DNA from: Victivallales bacterium
GTDB taxonomy: Bacteria; Verrucomicrobiota; Lentisphaeria; Oligosphaerales; Oligosphaeraceae
Direction of reading: 5' to 3'
NCBI GenBank assembly: GCA_017617415.1
Contig: JAFZWH010000093.1
Location: forward strand, 26,218-90,217
Length of the DNA: 64,000 bases
Under the pieces are notes generated by a model. It ran no database searches. It was not told where the DNA came from and was given only the letters and a program-made list of their open reading frames with translations. Both the position numbers and the translations under genes were made by a program. This document shows, in pieces, positions 1-9,122 of this stretch. Within the stretch, counting starts at the first letter, position 1, and every line of letters begins with the position of its first letter.

Positions 1-6
1 CCATCG

Positions 7-957
7 TTATAGGCCGGGCGGTGGCGGGACGGGACGCTGCACCTGACGAGGCGGGGGCTCCGGTTCTGGCATCGGCGAACCATATTCCTGCGGGGCCGGG
101 TTGTCGTAATAGCCTGGAGCGGGCGCGCCGTAGTCCATTGGAGAAGGGACAACTTGCGTAGGTGAAACTGTCTGCACGATGACCGTGGGAGCCGGTGCCG
201 GAGCGGACTCTTTCTCCTGCGTGGCGGCCTCCTGCGCGGCGGCTTCCGAGGCGGTCAGCAATGCGCTGAAGAGGTCCTCCGAGTAGAGTTCCAGGTTGTT
301 GATGATGTCATTGATGGCCCGTACCGAGAAGTTGTTAGCGAAGATGGCAGGGATGGCCACGACGAGGCCGACGACCGTGGTCAGCAGCGCGCTCGCGATG
401 CCGGGACCGACCGTCGCGATGTCCGGACGGCCGCTGTGTCCGATGGCCATAAAGGTTGACAGCACGCCCCAGACCGTGCCGAAGAGTCCCATCATCGGCG
501 CCAGCGAGATGATGGTTGTCATCATCGTCAGGCCGCTTTCCAGTTGGATGACCTGCTGGGTCAGCTCGCGGTTCAGCGTCGCCCGCAGGGCATCCAGTTC
601 GGATTGCTTCAGCGGTCGCGGCAACACGCCCTCTTCCAGCAGTTTCGACCGCTGGATGCTGTCCAGTTTCAGGGTGGCCACCAGTGTCTCGCGCACCGCC
701 TTGGTCAGCGCCGCCAAGGGGCCGGTGACCTTCTTGTTGGTGTCCAGCTCGCCGAAAATCCTCAGCGCTGCGGAGAACTTGTGCTTTCCGAAAACCGTCA
801 GGAATTTCTTGCACTGCGAGACAATCGAGCTGGACTCCCAGCGCTTGTTCAGCACAATCGTGCAGCAGAGGCAGTTGGCGAAGACCAGGATGATCACAAT
901 GGTCTTCCCTACGATGTCGCTTGCATTGAAGGCCTCGACCAAGAATGCTAAACTCAT
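7..957 (-). CDS. MotA/TolQ/ExbB-family proton-channel protein with proline-rich C-terminal tail
   Basis: 316-aa ORF. Family-typical TM core (LAPMMGLFGTVWGV, GPGIASALLTTVVGLVVAIPAIFANN). The last ~80 aa are low-complexity and P/A/Q-rich. Confidence 0.8.
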   Translation of the reverse strand: MSLAFLVEAFNASDIVGKTIVIILVFANCLCCTIVLNKRWESSSIVSQCKKFLTVFGKHKFSAALRIFGELDTNKKVTGPLAALTKAVRETLVATLKLDSIQRSKLLEEGVLPRPLKQSELDALRATLNRELTQQVIQLESGLTMMTTIISLAPMMGLFGTVWGVLSTFMAIGHSGRPDIATVGPGIASALLTTVVGLVVAIPAIFANNFSVRAINDIINNLELYSEDLFSALLTASEAAAQEAATQEKESAPAPAPTVIVQTVSPTQVVPSPMDYGAPAPGYYDNPAPQEYGSPMPEPEPPPRQVQRPVPPPPGL

Positions 958-989
958 TATAACTCCTTTGTTGTTAAAAATTTATGTAA

Positions 990-1829
990 TTAGAACTGGG
1001 CCATCGTCAGATATTGTCTCGGCGAGATGTCCTCGGCGCGGACCGTTTCTGGCAATCCGAGCTGAGCTAAGGCGTTGTTCCAGTCCACATTGGGTGCAAC
1101 GCCAGCCAGGAGCCTCCTTGCCTGTTTGCGGCGTTGCGCGAAAGCCGCGTTTATCAGTGTGTCAGCGCGTTTCAGCGCTTCTCGTGTTGTTTCTTGGGGA
1201 AGTCGTGTCATTCGCAGGAATGCGGAGTCGATTTCGGGCGGGGGGAAGAAGACTCCGTGGGGTACCCGACGCACAATGGATGACGCATAACGCATCGCCA
1301 GCCGTGCGGTCAGACTCCCGTACTCCTTGGTGCCGACATTTGCTGTAAGGCGTTCTGCCATTTCTAATTGCAGCAGAACATGCAAGGTGACAGGCGAATT
1401 AACCAAGTCAGCCAATTTCGCCAGGAGAGGTGAAGCGCACGAATATGGGAGATTCGCAATGACCCGAAAAGGCGTGCCGACGGGAAAAAGCTCTGCATAG
1501 TCCACTCGGCAGGCGTCGGCGTGGATGAGCCGTAGTCTTTTCTCCCCTAAGAAATTCTCTTGCAAAAAGGAATAAAGCCGCGAATCAAACTCAATCGCGG
1601 TAACCTGACATCCAGCTGCCAGCAGTCGTTCGGTGAGCACGCCAGTTCCAGGTCCAATCTCCAGCACCGCTTCTCCGGCGAGCGGGTTGGCCGCATGAAT
1701 CAGTGCCTCCAGGCAATTTTCGTCCAACAGGAAATTCTGTCCCAGCGTGCGGCTGGGATGCAATTCGAGCCTTTCCAGGATTGCCAGGAGGTCAGTCTTT
1801 CGCATGGCTATTCGTGGCAAAATAGCCAA
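990..1829 (-). CDS. rsmA: 16S rRNA (adenine-N6,N6)-dimethyltransferase RsmA/KsgA
   Basis: Motifs LGQNFLLD, EIGPGTGVLT (SAM site) and NLPYSCASPLL. The start may be the internal Met at 1805, because 1829 overlaps the upstream HPr gene by 38 nt. Confidence 0.9.
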   Translation of the reverse strand: MAILPRIAMRKTDLLAILERLELHPSRTLGQNFLLDENCLEALIHAANPLAGEAVLEIGPGTGVLTERLLAAGCQVTAIEFDSRLYSFLQENFLGEKRLRLIHADACRVDYAELFPVGTPFRVIANLPYSCASPLLAKLADLVNSPVTLHVLLQLEMAERLTANVGTKEYGSLTARLAMRYASSIVRRVPHGVFFPPPEIDSAFLRMTRLPQETTREALKRADTLINAAFAQRRKQARRLLAGVAPNVDWNNALAQLGLPETVRAEDISPRQYLTMAQF

Positions 1830-2076
1830 CGACAGCCGCCCCTGCCGCCTCGGCGTCCGTCCCCTCGGCCAAAACTTCCAGTTGCGTTCCGCATGTTGCC
1901 TCCAGTGTCAGCAGGGCGAGTGGGCTGGCGACATCGGCGACCGAACCATTGGCCCGGCTGAGCTTGACCTTGGCCTGGAATGGGCGACACAGCCTGGTCA
2001 ATTCACTGGCGACCCGTAGGTGTAGCCCATGGGGATTCTGAATGATGATGGCGCCCTTGAAAGTGGGGGAGGACAT
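1792..2076 (-). CDS. ptsH: HPr-family phosphocarrier protein
   Basis: 94-aa ORF with an HGLHLRVAS active-His region and a VASPLALL Ser46-like region. Size and layout are typical of HPr. Confidence 0.8.
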   Translation of the reverse strand: MSSPTFKGAIIIQNPHGLHLRVASELTRLCRPFQAKVKLSRANGSVADVASPLALLTLEATCGTQLEVLAEGTDAEAAGAAVVGYFATNSHAKD

Positions 2077-2249
2077 ACGAAAGATAATTTCTGGTGGCAG
2101 AACGATTCTTTAATGTAATGCCAAAAAACCAAAAAGTTGCTTGCCAAAAGCAAAAAAGCCGCCACCATGTGGGGCAATTGCAAACGCATTTGTTCCCCAT
2201 GAGGGTGCCTAACGGCAGAATTTTAAGTTTAGCTATGTTCCACACATAG

Positions 2250-2333
2250 GGCACCTAACTAAGCCGAGGTTTCAAACCGCAGGGGTGCGGGGGCTGCAAC
2301 CCCCGTAGAATTGTAGAAGTGCAATTAGGTACC
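2250..2333. repeat. Conserved ~80-nt element, copy 1 (candidate structured RNA or regulatory element)
   Basis: Shares blocks GGCACCTAACT, GCAGGGGT(G/A)CGGG and TAGAATTGT(A/T)GAAGTGC..TTAGG with 61220-61293. It has an internal GC hairpin (CGGGGG-CTGCAA-CCCCCG). A partial extra copy (TTCCCCATGAGGGTGCCTAAC) lies at 2192-2212. Confidence 0.5.
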
Positions 2334-2640
2334 TTCTCAGGGAAGCATTAAGTTTAAGTTCACAGCTGTCCGGTAAAACTGCCGCCCCAAGGCAAAAATG
2401 ATAGGAAAACTAAGATTCTGTTTCCTTTCCTGACAAGGGACTTGCAACCGGCCGAAATCGCATTACATTACTATCGTAGGGGGTGGGGGCATGCCTCCCT
2501 ATTTGGTCGCGCATGCGCGTTTCACGCAAAAAAACGCTGTCGCTACCGGCTTGGCTAAAATCGTCCTCCTGTCAACATAACATTACCTTGTTTCTGCGCA
2601 AGGCCCCGTTTTTACCGGACATCAATGTTGCCTCGCATAT

Positions 2641-3879
2641 TTATTTCCACCGGACGCCAATCCGCAGAAGTGGTCCGAAGCGCAGTATGCGGCTTTGGGC
2701 GGGTACCATGGGGGTGTCGTCTTCGTCAGCCAGCGAAGTCTGCCGCGTTCCCAAAAGGGTCCCCAGCAATATGAGAATCGACATGGTAAAGGAACCGCCG
2801 TAGGAGAGGAGAGGCAGCGGTAGCCCAATCACAGGAACAAGCCGGACAGTCATCCCGACTCCGACCAAGATATGCACGAATAGCAGCATCGTTCCTGCTG
2901 CCAGGAGGTTGAGATCCAGGCGGCAAGCCACGTCGGTCGCGCGATGCAACAATAGCCCGATGAGCAGTGCGTAGAGAAGAAGCACTGGTACGACGCCAAA
3001 AAGCAATCCGCCCTCTTCGGCGATCACCGCGAAGATGAAATCCGTGGGGGCGACGGTGCGAGGCAGGAATCCCAGTCGTTTCATTGTGCCATTGAGGTAT
3101 CCTTTGCCAGTCAAGCCACCACCAGCCACTGTGATCAGCGACTGCTGCTCATTCCAGTCGCCTTCTGGAGAAAGGAAAGCCCTAAGCCGCCGTAGATGGT
3201 ATCCACGCAGAAATCCCCGACCGCCCTCCACAACCATCGACACTTCCTGCGCTTCTGGCGGCTGGCTACGCAGTTGGAAGACACAATATGCGCCGGCCAA
3301 CAGGCATGCCACCAATGCCATTAGGCAGATTCGCCATAACCAATTGGGGCAAAAACGGATGCCTAATATGGTCAGCAGGCAGGGCAGAAGTGAACAGGCG
3401 TTGCCGTAGGAGGGCTCCAGCAGAATCAGCCCGAAAGGCACGGCAAAGCACAATAGCGTCCAGCCAAGTTCCTGACGTCGGTTTTTGCAGACATCTCCGG
3501 AAAGGAGCAGAGATCCCGCCAGTATCGTGAATACTTTTGCAAATTCGGCTGGCTGGAGGAGAAAAGGCCCCAATGCCAGCCAGCGCCGCGCCCCGCCGAT
3601 TTCGCGTCCGCACAAAAGCACTACCGCAAGCAATAAAACACTGACGCCGTAGCCAGTCCAGACCACAGTCCGCCATAGTGTCCCCCGGTTGTCCAGCCGC
3701 GCCATCATGGTTGCCGCGATGGTTCCGAGTCCAAGAAAGGCGCATTGTCGCAACCAGTTGGGTCGAATGGGATAAGAGGAGCCCAGGTAGCCTGTGCTGA
3801 AGATGTAGCAGACCCCGAAGGCGGCCAGCAACACCATGACCAATATGGTCAGGACTCGGCTGGGAGAGGTTTCGGTCAT
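2641..3879 (-). CDS. FtsW/RodA/SpoVE (SEDS) family peptidoglycan polymerase
   Basis: 412-aa polytopic ORF with family motifs (PTDFIFAVIAEEGG, GLPLPLLSYGGSF). Confidence 0.85.
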   Translation of the reverse strand: MTETSPSRVLTILVMVLLAAFGVCYIFSTGYLGSSYPIRPNWLRQCAFLGLGTIAATMMARLDNRGTLWRTVVWTGYGVSVLLLAVVLLCGREIGGARRWLALGPFLLQPAEFAKVFTILAGSLLLSGDVCKNRRQELGWTLLCFAVPFGLILLEPSYGNACSLLPCLLTILGIRFCPNWLWRICLMALVACLLAGAYCVFQLRSQPPEAQEVSMVVEGGRGFLRGYHLRRLRAFLSPEGDWNEQQSLITVAGGGLTGKGYLNGTMKRLGFLPRTVAPTDFIFAVIAEEGGLLFGVVPVLLLYALLIGLLLHRATDVACRLDLNLLAAGTMLLFVHILVGVGMTVRLVPVIGLPLPLLSYGGSFTMSILILLGTLLGTRQTSLADEDDTPMVPAQSRILRFGPLLRIGVRWK

Positions 3880-4078
3880 TCGGCAGATTTTCAGCGATTG
3901 AGAAATGGGGGTGTCAAGACCACCGCCATGCTCTTTTCGGTTTCGTTTTTTTTACATGTCAATGCATATAATTTATTCGCATTTCCTTGAGTTTCGCGAA
4001 AAATCCATTATATTACATGATGTTACTGTAAGATTCGCACGGCGGACGAAGCGGATCTCCCAATCCCCAGATCGAAAT

Positions 4079-4107
4079 GCGGGTCTGTGCCGGCCCGCTT
4101 TTTTTTT
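4079..4107 (+). terminator. Intrinsic-terminator-like hairpin plus T9 in the nusA leader
   Basis: GCGGGTC-TGTGCC-GGCCCGC forms a 7-bp stem including one G-U pair, followed by nine T. It ends 66 nt before the nusA ATG, and no plus-strand gene lies upstream of it. Confidence 0.5.
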
Positions 4108-4173
4108 GCTTTCGGAGATGTTATAAAGCATCTCCAGTGGCATTCCAACACTCAACAAGAGGAGGACCCCACA

Positions 4174-5427
4174 ATGAGTTCTGAAATGATGCAAGATGTC
4201 GAATATCTCGCCAAAAATCGCGGCCTCAGCAAAGAGGACATCATTGAGGCAATGAAGAACTCACTGCGGGAGTCTGCCAAGAAGTCGGTGGTCGCCGGCT
4301 TCCAGAATGTCGAGGTGGATTTTGACGAGAAGCGCGGCAATTTCACTTGCTATGCGAAGCTGGTCGTGGTTGAGAAGGTTATGGATGCCCGCGTCGAGAT
4401 TTCTCTGGCAATGGCCCGCACCCAGGTTCCCAATGCCCAGCTGAAAGAAGAGATCAAATGGAAAATCGACCCGGCCACGCTCGGCCGGATTTCCGCTTCC
4501 AACGCCCAGCAGTATCTCGACAATGCTCTTCGCGAGCTGGAAAAGAAGCACATTCTCACCCATTATCAGGGGTTGGAAGGCCAGCTTCTCAGTGGCGTGA
4601 TCAGCCGTATTGACCGTAACGGAGTCTATGTCAGTTTTGACAACGCGGAAGGGCTGATGACCCATAAAGACTGCATCCCCGGCGAGCGTCTGGAAGTCAA
4701 CGATCCCATCACTGTGCTCTTGAAGGCGCTCAACAAGGACAAGCAGGGACCATGCCTGCAGCTCACCCGCACCAGCTCCCTCTTCGTGCAGCGGCTCTTC
4801 GAGCGCGAGGTCAGCGAGATTTCGGATGGCACGGTGGTGATCAAGGCGATCGCCCGTGAACCGGGCTACCGAACCAAGATCGCCGTCGCCACCGGTGAGC
4901 AGAAGGTGGACCCCATCGGCGCCTGCGTCGGAAAGCGCGGAATGCGCGTGCGGACCATCATCAGCGAACTGGGCGGGGCCGAAAAAGTCGATATCATCAA
5001 ATGGGACGAGGATCTGAAGACCTACGTCGCCAATGCCCTCAAGCCGGCAGAACTGGCCCAAGTGCAGATTGACGAGAAGACCCACCAGCTCAATGTCAAG
5101 GTGACCGACGAGATGTTCTCACTTTCCATCGGGAAGAAAGGTCAGAACTCCCGCCTCGCGGCACGGCTTTTGGGCTGGAACATCAACATCGACCGCTATG
5201 TCCCCGCCGTCACTCGTGAACTCACGATGCAGGAGCAGATCCAACAGGCGGTCGAGCTCTTTGTGAAGGGGCTTGGAATTGATGAGGCGCTCGCCCAGGC
5301 GCTCGTCGGCAGTGGATACCACTCGATGGACGGGCTACGCGAGGCTACATTGGATGACTTGATGGCGGTCGAGGGCATGTCCCCCGAACTGGCTGCCAAG
5401 ATATCTGCATCGGCCCAGGCAAATTGA
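4174..5427 (+). CDS. nusA: Transcription termination/antitermination factor NusA
   Basis: N-terminal, S1 and KH-domain layout, with IGACVGKRGMRV and LSIGKKGQNSRLA KH motifs. ATG at 4174 is preceded by AGGAGG. The ORF-track start at 4087 is an upstream GTG extension. Confidence 0.9.
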   Translation: MSSEMMQDVEYLAKNRGLSKEDIIEAMKNSLRESAKKSVVAGFQNVEVDFDEKRGNFTCYAKLVVVEKVMDARVEISLAMARTQVPNAQLKEEIKWKIDPATLGRISASNAQQYLDNALRELEKKHILTHYQGLEGQLLSGVISRIDRNGVYVSFDNAEGLMTHKDCIPGERLEVNDPITVLLKALNKDKQGPCLQLTRTSSLFVQRLFEREVSEISDGTVVIKAIAREPGYRTKIAVATGEQKVDPIGACVGKRGMRVRTIISELGGAEKVDIIKWDEDLKTYVANALKPAELAQVQIDEKTHQLNVKVTDEMFSLSIGKKGQNSRLAARLLGWNINIDRYVPAVTRELTMQEQIQQAVELFVKGLGIDEALAQALVGSGYHSMDGLREATLDDLMAVEGMSPELAAKISASAQAN

Positions 5428-5527
5428 TACAAAACGATGGTTGAGGAGCGCGCGGCAGGGCCGCGCTGGGAAGTCGCCCGCAGGGACGCAGAGATTTTCA
5501 CCGACATTTCAGCAGGAGACAGGCAAG

Positions 5528-7606
5528 ATGAGCGAAAAGAAACGAGTTTACGAATTGGCGAATGAACTGGGAATGGCGGCGAAGGATGTGTTGGAGATTC
5601 TCAAGAGAGAGGGCTATGACGTCAAGACGACCTCAAGCAGCCTGCTGAAGAGCGACGCCGATCTGGTGTTCAGCCAGATTATGGCAGACACCAAGAAGAA
5701 AGAAGCCGCCGCAAAGGCCGCCCCGGCTGTGCCGCCACCACCGCCGCCCGTACCAGTAGCGACACCAGCCCCGGCGTCTGCGGGAAGTGCGGAGGGCGAG
5801 GACGGCGACGAAGTCCATTTGAAGTCGCCAATCACCGTCCGCGACCTCGCCCAGGCGCTGGATCTCAAGCCCAATGCGGTGATTTTGCAGCTGATGGGGT
5901 TGAATATCTTCGCCGCCATCAACCAGGTGCTGGAACTCGACATCGTCGAGAAGATCTGCGCCAAGAACGGCAAGCGCTTTGTGCAGGAGCGCCGCGAAAA
6001 GAGCAACCATCCGGTCTTCGAGCGCAAGCCCAGCGCGGTCGCTGCTGCCGAGGCCAAGCGCCAGGGGCGTCCGCAGCGCAAAGTCGGTCGTCCGCCAGTG
6101 GTGGTCTTCATGGGGCATGTTGACCACGGCAAGACCACGCTTCAGGACTATATCCGCAAGACCAAGGTCGCGGCCGGCGAGGCCGGTGGCATCACCCAGG
6201 CCATCGGCGCCTCCGTTGCGCAATATGGCGACCAGACGATTACTTTCCTTGATACGCCCGGCCACGCCGCATTCACCGCCATGCGCGCCCGTGGTGCCAA
6301 CGCCACCGATATCGCCGTGCTGGTGATTGCGGCCACCGAGGGCATCATGCCCCAGACGGTCGAGGCAATCCATCACGCCCAGGCCGCCAAAGTGCCGATT
6401 ATCGTCGCCGTCACCAAGATCGACCTGCCTGGCGCCGACCCGGACAAAGTACGCCGCCAGCTCCAGGAGAATGGCATCCAGCCGGAAGACTGGGGTGGCA
6501 ACACCGCAGTCATCCCGTGTTCCGGCATCACCGGCGAAGGCGTGGACGACCTGCTGGAGCGAATTCTCCTTGAGGCTGAAATGCTCGAACTGGCCGCCGA
6601 CCCCGATGCGCCCTTCGAGGGACTCGTCATTGAGGCGCAGATGGAGTCCGGCATGGGACCGACCGCGAACATCCTTGTGCGCAATGGCACCCTGCGTATT
6701 GGCGACTGGTTCTCTTGCGGCGCCACCTACGGAAAGGCCAAGGCAATTTTGGACACCCATGGGAAGCGCCTTGCCAAGGCAACCGCCTCGACTCCGGTTA
6801 AGATCATGGGCTACACCGGCGTGCCGGAGGCCGGCGAGACCGTTGTCTGGCAGCCGGATGAAAAGGCCGCCAAGGCGGTCGCCGATGAAGAACTTGCCAA
6901 GCGTCGTGCCGAAGAACTCGCCCCCAAGCGCGCCGCGCTCACCTTGGAGGACATCAATTTGCTCTTCAAGAACGAAGCGGCCTCTGCCAGCCTTCCCGAA
7001 CTCAATCTGATTCTCAAGACCGACGTGCGCGGTTCCCTGGAAGCCATCAGCGAGTCCATCAACGGCATCAAGTCCCAGAAGATCACCTGCAAGGTCATCC
7101 ATTCTGGTGTCGGTGAAATCACTGAAAACGACGTGATTCTCGCCACTGCCTCCAAGGCAATCATCATCGGCTTCCATGTGAGGGCGATGCCTGGCATCAA
7201 CAAGATCGCCAAGAACAAGGGTGTCGAAATCCGCCTCTACTCCATCATCTATGAACTGCTGGACGACCTGCGCGACGCGATGCGCGGACGCCTCACCCCC
7301 GAGACCAAGGAGGTCCTGCTTGGCGAGGCCGAAATCATGCAGGTCTTCAACATCACCAAGGCCGGTAAGATCTGCGGCTGCCGCGTGAACTCCGGCTCCG
7401 TGCGCGTGAACCTCAAGGCGAAGGTGTACCGTCAGAAGGAACTCATCTACTCCGGACTGGTCGCCTCGCTCAAGCACTTCAAGGAGGACGTCCGCGAAAT
7501 GAAGGCCGGGCAGGAATGCGGTATCAAGCTGGACAACTTTGAGGACTTCGAAGTCGGCGACCGCATCTCCGTCTTCCAGACTCAGCAGATTGCCCCTGAA
7601 TTATAG
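5528..7606 (+). CDS. infB: Translation initiation factor IF-2
   Basis: GTPase motifs [15 protein letters not shown] and TKID, with an N-terminal A/P-rich linker. It follows nusA as in the conserved nusA-infB operon. The start is taken at the [11 protein letters not shown] Met. Confidence 0.95.
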   Translation: MSEKKRVYELANELGMAAKDVLEILKREGYDVKTTSSSLLKSDADLVFSQIMADTKKKEAAAKAAPAVPPPPPPVPVATPAPASAGSAEGEDGDEVHLKSPITVRDLAQALDLKPNAVILQLMGLNIFAAINQVLELDIVEKICAKNGKRFVQERREKSNHPVFERKPSAVAAAEAKRQGRPQRKVGRPPVVVFMGHVDHGKTTLQDYIRKTKVAAGEAGGITQAIGASVAQYGDQTITFLDTPGHAAFTAMRARGANATDIAVLVIAATEGIMPQTVEAIHHAQAAKVPIIVAVTKIDLPGADPDKVRRQLQENGIQPEDWGGNTAVIPCSGITGEGVDDLLERILLEAEMLELAADPDAPFEGLVIEAQMESGMGPTANILVRNGTLRIGDWFSCGATYGKAKAILDTHGKRLAKATASTPVKIMGYTGVPEAGETVVWQPDEKAAKAVADEELAKRRAEELAPKRAALTLEDINLLFKNEAASASLPELNLILKTDVRGSLEAISESINGIKSQKITCKVIHSGVGEITENDVILATASKAIIIGFHVRAMPGINKIAKNKGVEIRLYSIIYELLDDLRDAMRGRLTPETKEVLLGEAEIMQVFNITKAGKICGCRVNSGSVRVNLKAKVYRQKELIYSGLVASLKHFKEDVREMKAGQECGIKLDNFEDFEVGDRISVFQTQQIAPEL

Positions 7607-7668
7607 ACAATTCGCAATTCGTGAGCGCCAACATTGAGTCCCATTTGCCCTATTGCTAATTACTAATT

Positions 7669-8073
7669 ATGAGCACCGACCGCCTCACCCGCCTGAATGC
7701 CCAGCTCCAGCGTGAGCTGGGAGTCCTTTGCGAGAGCCACATTCGTCCGGCGATGCCTGGTGTGCTCATCACTGTCACGGGCGTTGAAATTGCGTCGAAC
7801 CTCCGCAATGCGAATGTCTTTGTGAGCGTCTATGGTGCTCCAGGAGACGACCAGCGCGCACTGGCGCTATTGCGGAGCCAGCGCCACCTTCTGCAAGCCG
7901 GACTTGCCCAGAAGGTGATTATGAAATATACCCCTGTCCTGAATTTCAAGCTGGACGGCACCGCCGCGCGCGCTGACCGCGTGATGAATATCCTCAAAGA
8001 ACTCAACCTCCCTGACGATGCGGAAGCCGGCGACAACAATGCCGGCGTTCCAGCGGAACCTGCAAACGAGTAG
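7669..8073 (+). CDS. rbfA: Ribosome-binding factor A
   Basis: 134-aa ORF directly downstream of infB with the RbfA-typical N-terminus (R..R.N..LQRELG). Confidence 0.9.
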   Translation: MSTDRLTRLNAQLQRELGVLCESHIRPAMPGVLITVTGVEIASNLRNANVFVSVYGAPGDDQRALALLRSQRHLLQAGLAQKVIMKYTPVLNFKLDGTAARADRVMNILKELNLPDDAEAGDNNAGVPAEPANE

Positions 8074-8090
8074 TCCGCCGCCGCGACCGG

Positions 8091-8882
8091 CTACGGATAA
8101 ACCTCGTGTTCGGCGCAGGCTTGGAGCATCTGCTTGCGCACATATTGTTTCAAGGCGTAAGCCGATGGGAAACGGCATATTGTTGCGACATCGACCGGTG
8201 GTAGCAGATGGAAGTGTATTCTGCCGCATTGTAAGCGAAAGTGACGGGTGGGGTTCTGTTCGTTGCCAGTGATGACGCCTGGATAGATTTCCACGCCAAG
8301 TTCGCGGGCGATTCGGAAGATTCCACTTTGAAAAGGCAGCATCTCTTTGGCACCAGAACGGTGCCCTTCGGGAAAGCTGATGATTGACACGCCGTGTTCC
8401 AGATGCTCGCGGATGATCTGTTGCGTTTCACCATAACTTGAAGCGGTAGTGTCCAAATAGCCGGCCTGTCGTGCAACGAAGCCTAAGAGCGGAAGTCGCA
8501 TGGGCCAGCCATTGACCGCCTGAATCATCGGGCGTTTCATCGCGGAGACCAAGAAGGCATCCGAACCGGAGCGATGGTTGAATACATAGATGGCTGGCTT
8601 GGAGCCAGGTTTTACGCCACTGACGGTGACCCGGATGAATGGCCAGACGCCGATGCGCGTGGCCACGATTCCCCAGCCCAGTACAATCCAGCGGAGCATT
8701 GCTCGGCGAGGCCACTTGGGCAGACAGAGGGCGCCGAGAAAGGGCAGGGCGACGAGGGCGAAATACAAAAGCGACCAGAGGCCCAGCCAGCCATAGATGA
8801 TTGCGTTGACCAGGTAGTCGCTGATCGTTGGGCGGGCTTTATTTTCCAGCGGAGTGGATTTCCTCGGGATGCTCACGGGCAT
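8091..8882 (-). CDS. Lysophospholipid/1-acyl-glycerol-3-phosphate acyltransferase family protein
   Basis: HX4D motif (NHRSGSD) and FPEGHRS motif, with two N-terminal TM helices. The start is set to the internal Met because the 5' part of ORF 8091-9077 overlaps the ACP gene in another frame. The start is uncertain. Confidence 0.7.
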   Translation of the reverse strand: MPVSIPRKSTPLENKARPTISDYLVNAIIYGWLGLWSLLYFALVALPFLGALCLPKWPRRAMLRWIVLGWGIVATRIGVWPFIRVTVSGVKPGSKPAIYVFNHRSGSDAFLVSAMKRPMIQAVNGWPMRLPLLGFVARQAGYLDTTASSYGETQQIIREHLEHGVSIISFPEGHRSGAKEMLPFQSGIFRIARELGVEIYPGVITGNEQNPTRHFRLQCGRIHFHLLPPVDVATICRFPSAYALKQYVRKQMLQACAEHEVYP

Positions 8883-9117
8883 ATTTTTCCAGGAAGTCAT
8901 AGACATCACCAAGGGTCCGCACATTGCGGATCTCCTCGTTGTTGCGCAGGGCGACGCCGATGCTCTTGTGGAGCTCAACCAGCAGATCCACAATGTCCAG
9001 GCTGTCCAGTCCCAGGTCGGTGAAGAGCTGGGCGTCCGGGACCAGTCGCGTCTCCTCGATTTCAAATTGGTCGACAAAGACGGCGTTGACGTGCTGGATG
9101 ATTTCTTCGCGAGTCAT
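8839..9117 (-). CDS. Acyl carrier protein
   Basis: 92 aa with the LGLDSLD phosphopantetheine-attachment motif. It sits between a KAS and an acyltransferase. Confidence 0.85.
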   Translation of the reverse strand: MTREEIIQHVNAVFVDQFEIEETRLVPDAQLFTDLGLDSLDIVDLLVELHKSIGVALRNNEEIRNVRTLGDVYDFLEKYAREHPEEIHSAGK

Positions 9118-9122
9118 GAGAT

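Noticed and set aside
5633-7477. 614-aa antisense ORF opposite infB
   Set aside because: It is a shadow ORF in GC-rich coding DNA. The opposite strand encodes a full-length IF-2 with all GTPase motifs. The antisense product is G/D/A/R/H/L-rich low-complexity sequence with no motifs.
8883-9077. N-terminal 65 residues of ORF 8091-9077
   Set aside because: This part overlaps the well-supported ACP gene in another frame and is W/S/T/R-rich nonsense. The acyltransferase most likely starts at or after the Met at 8882.
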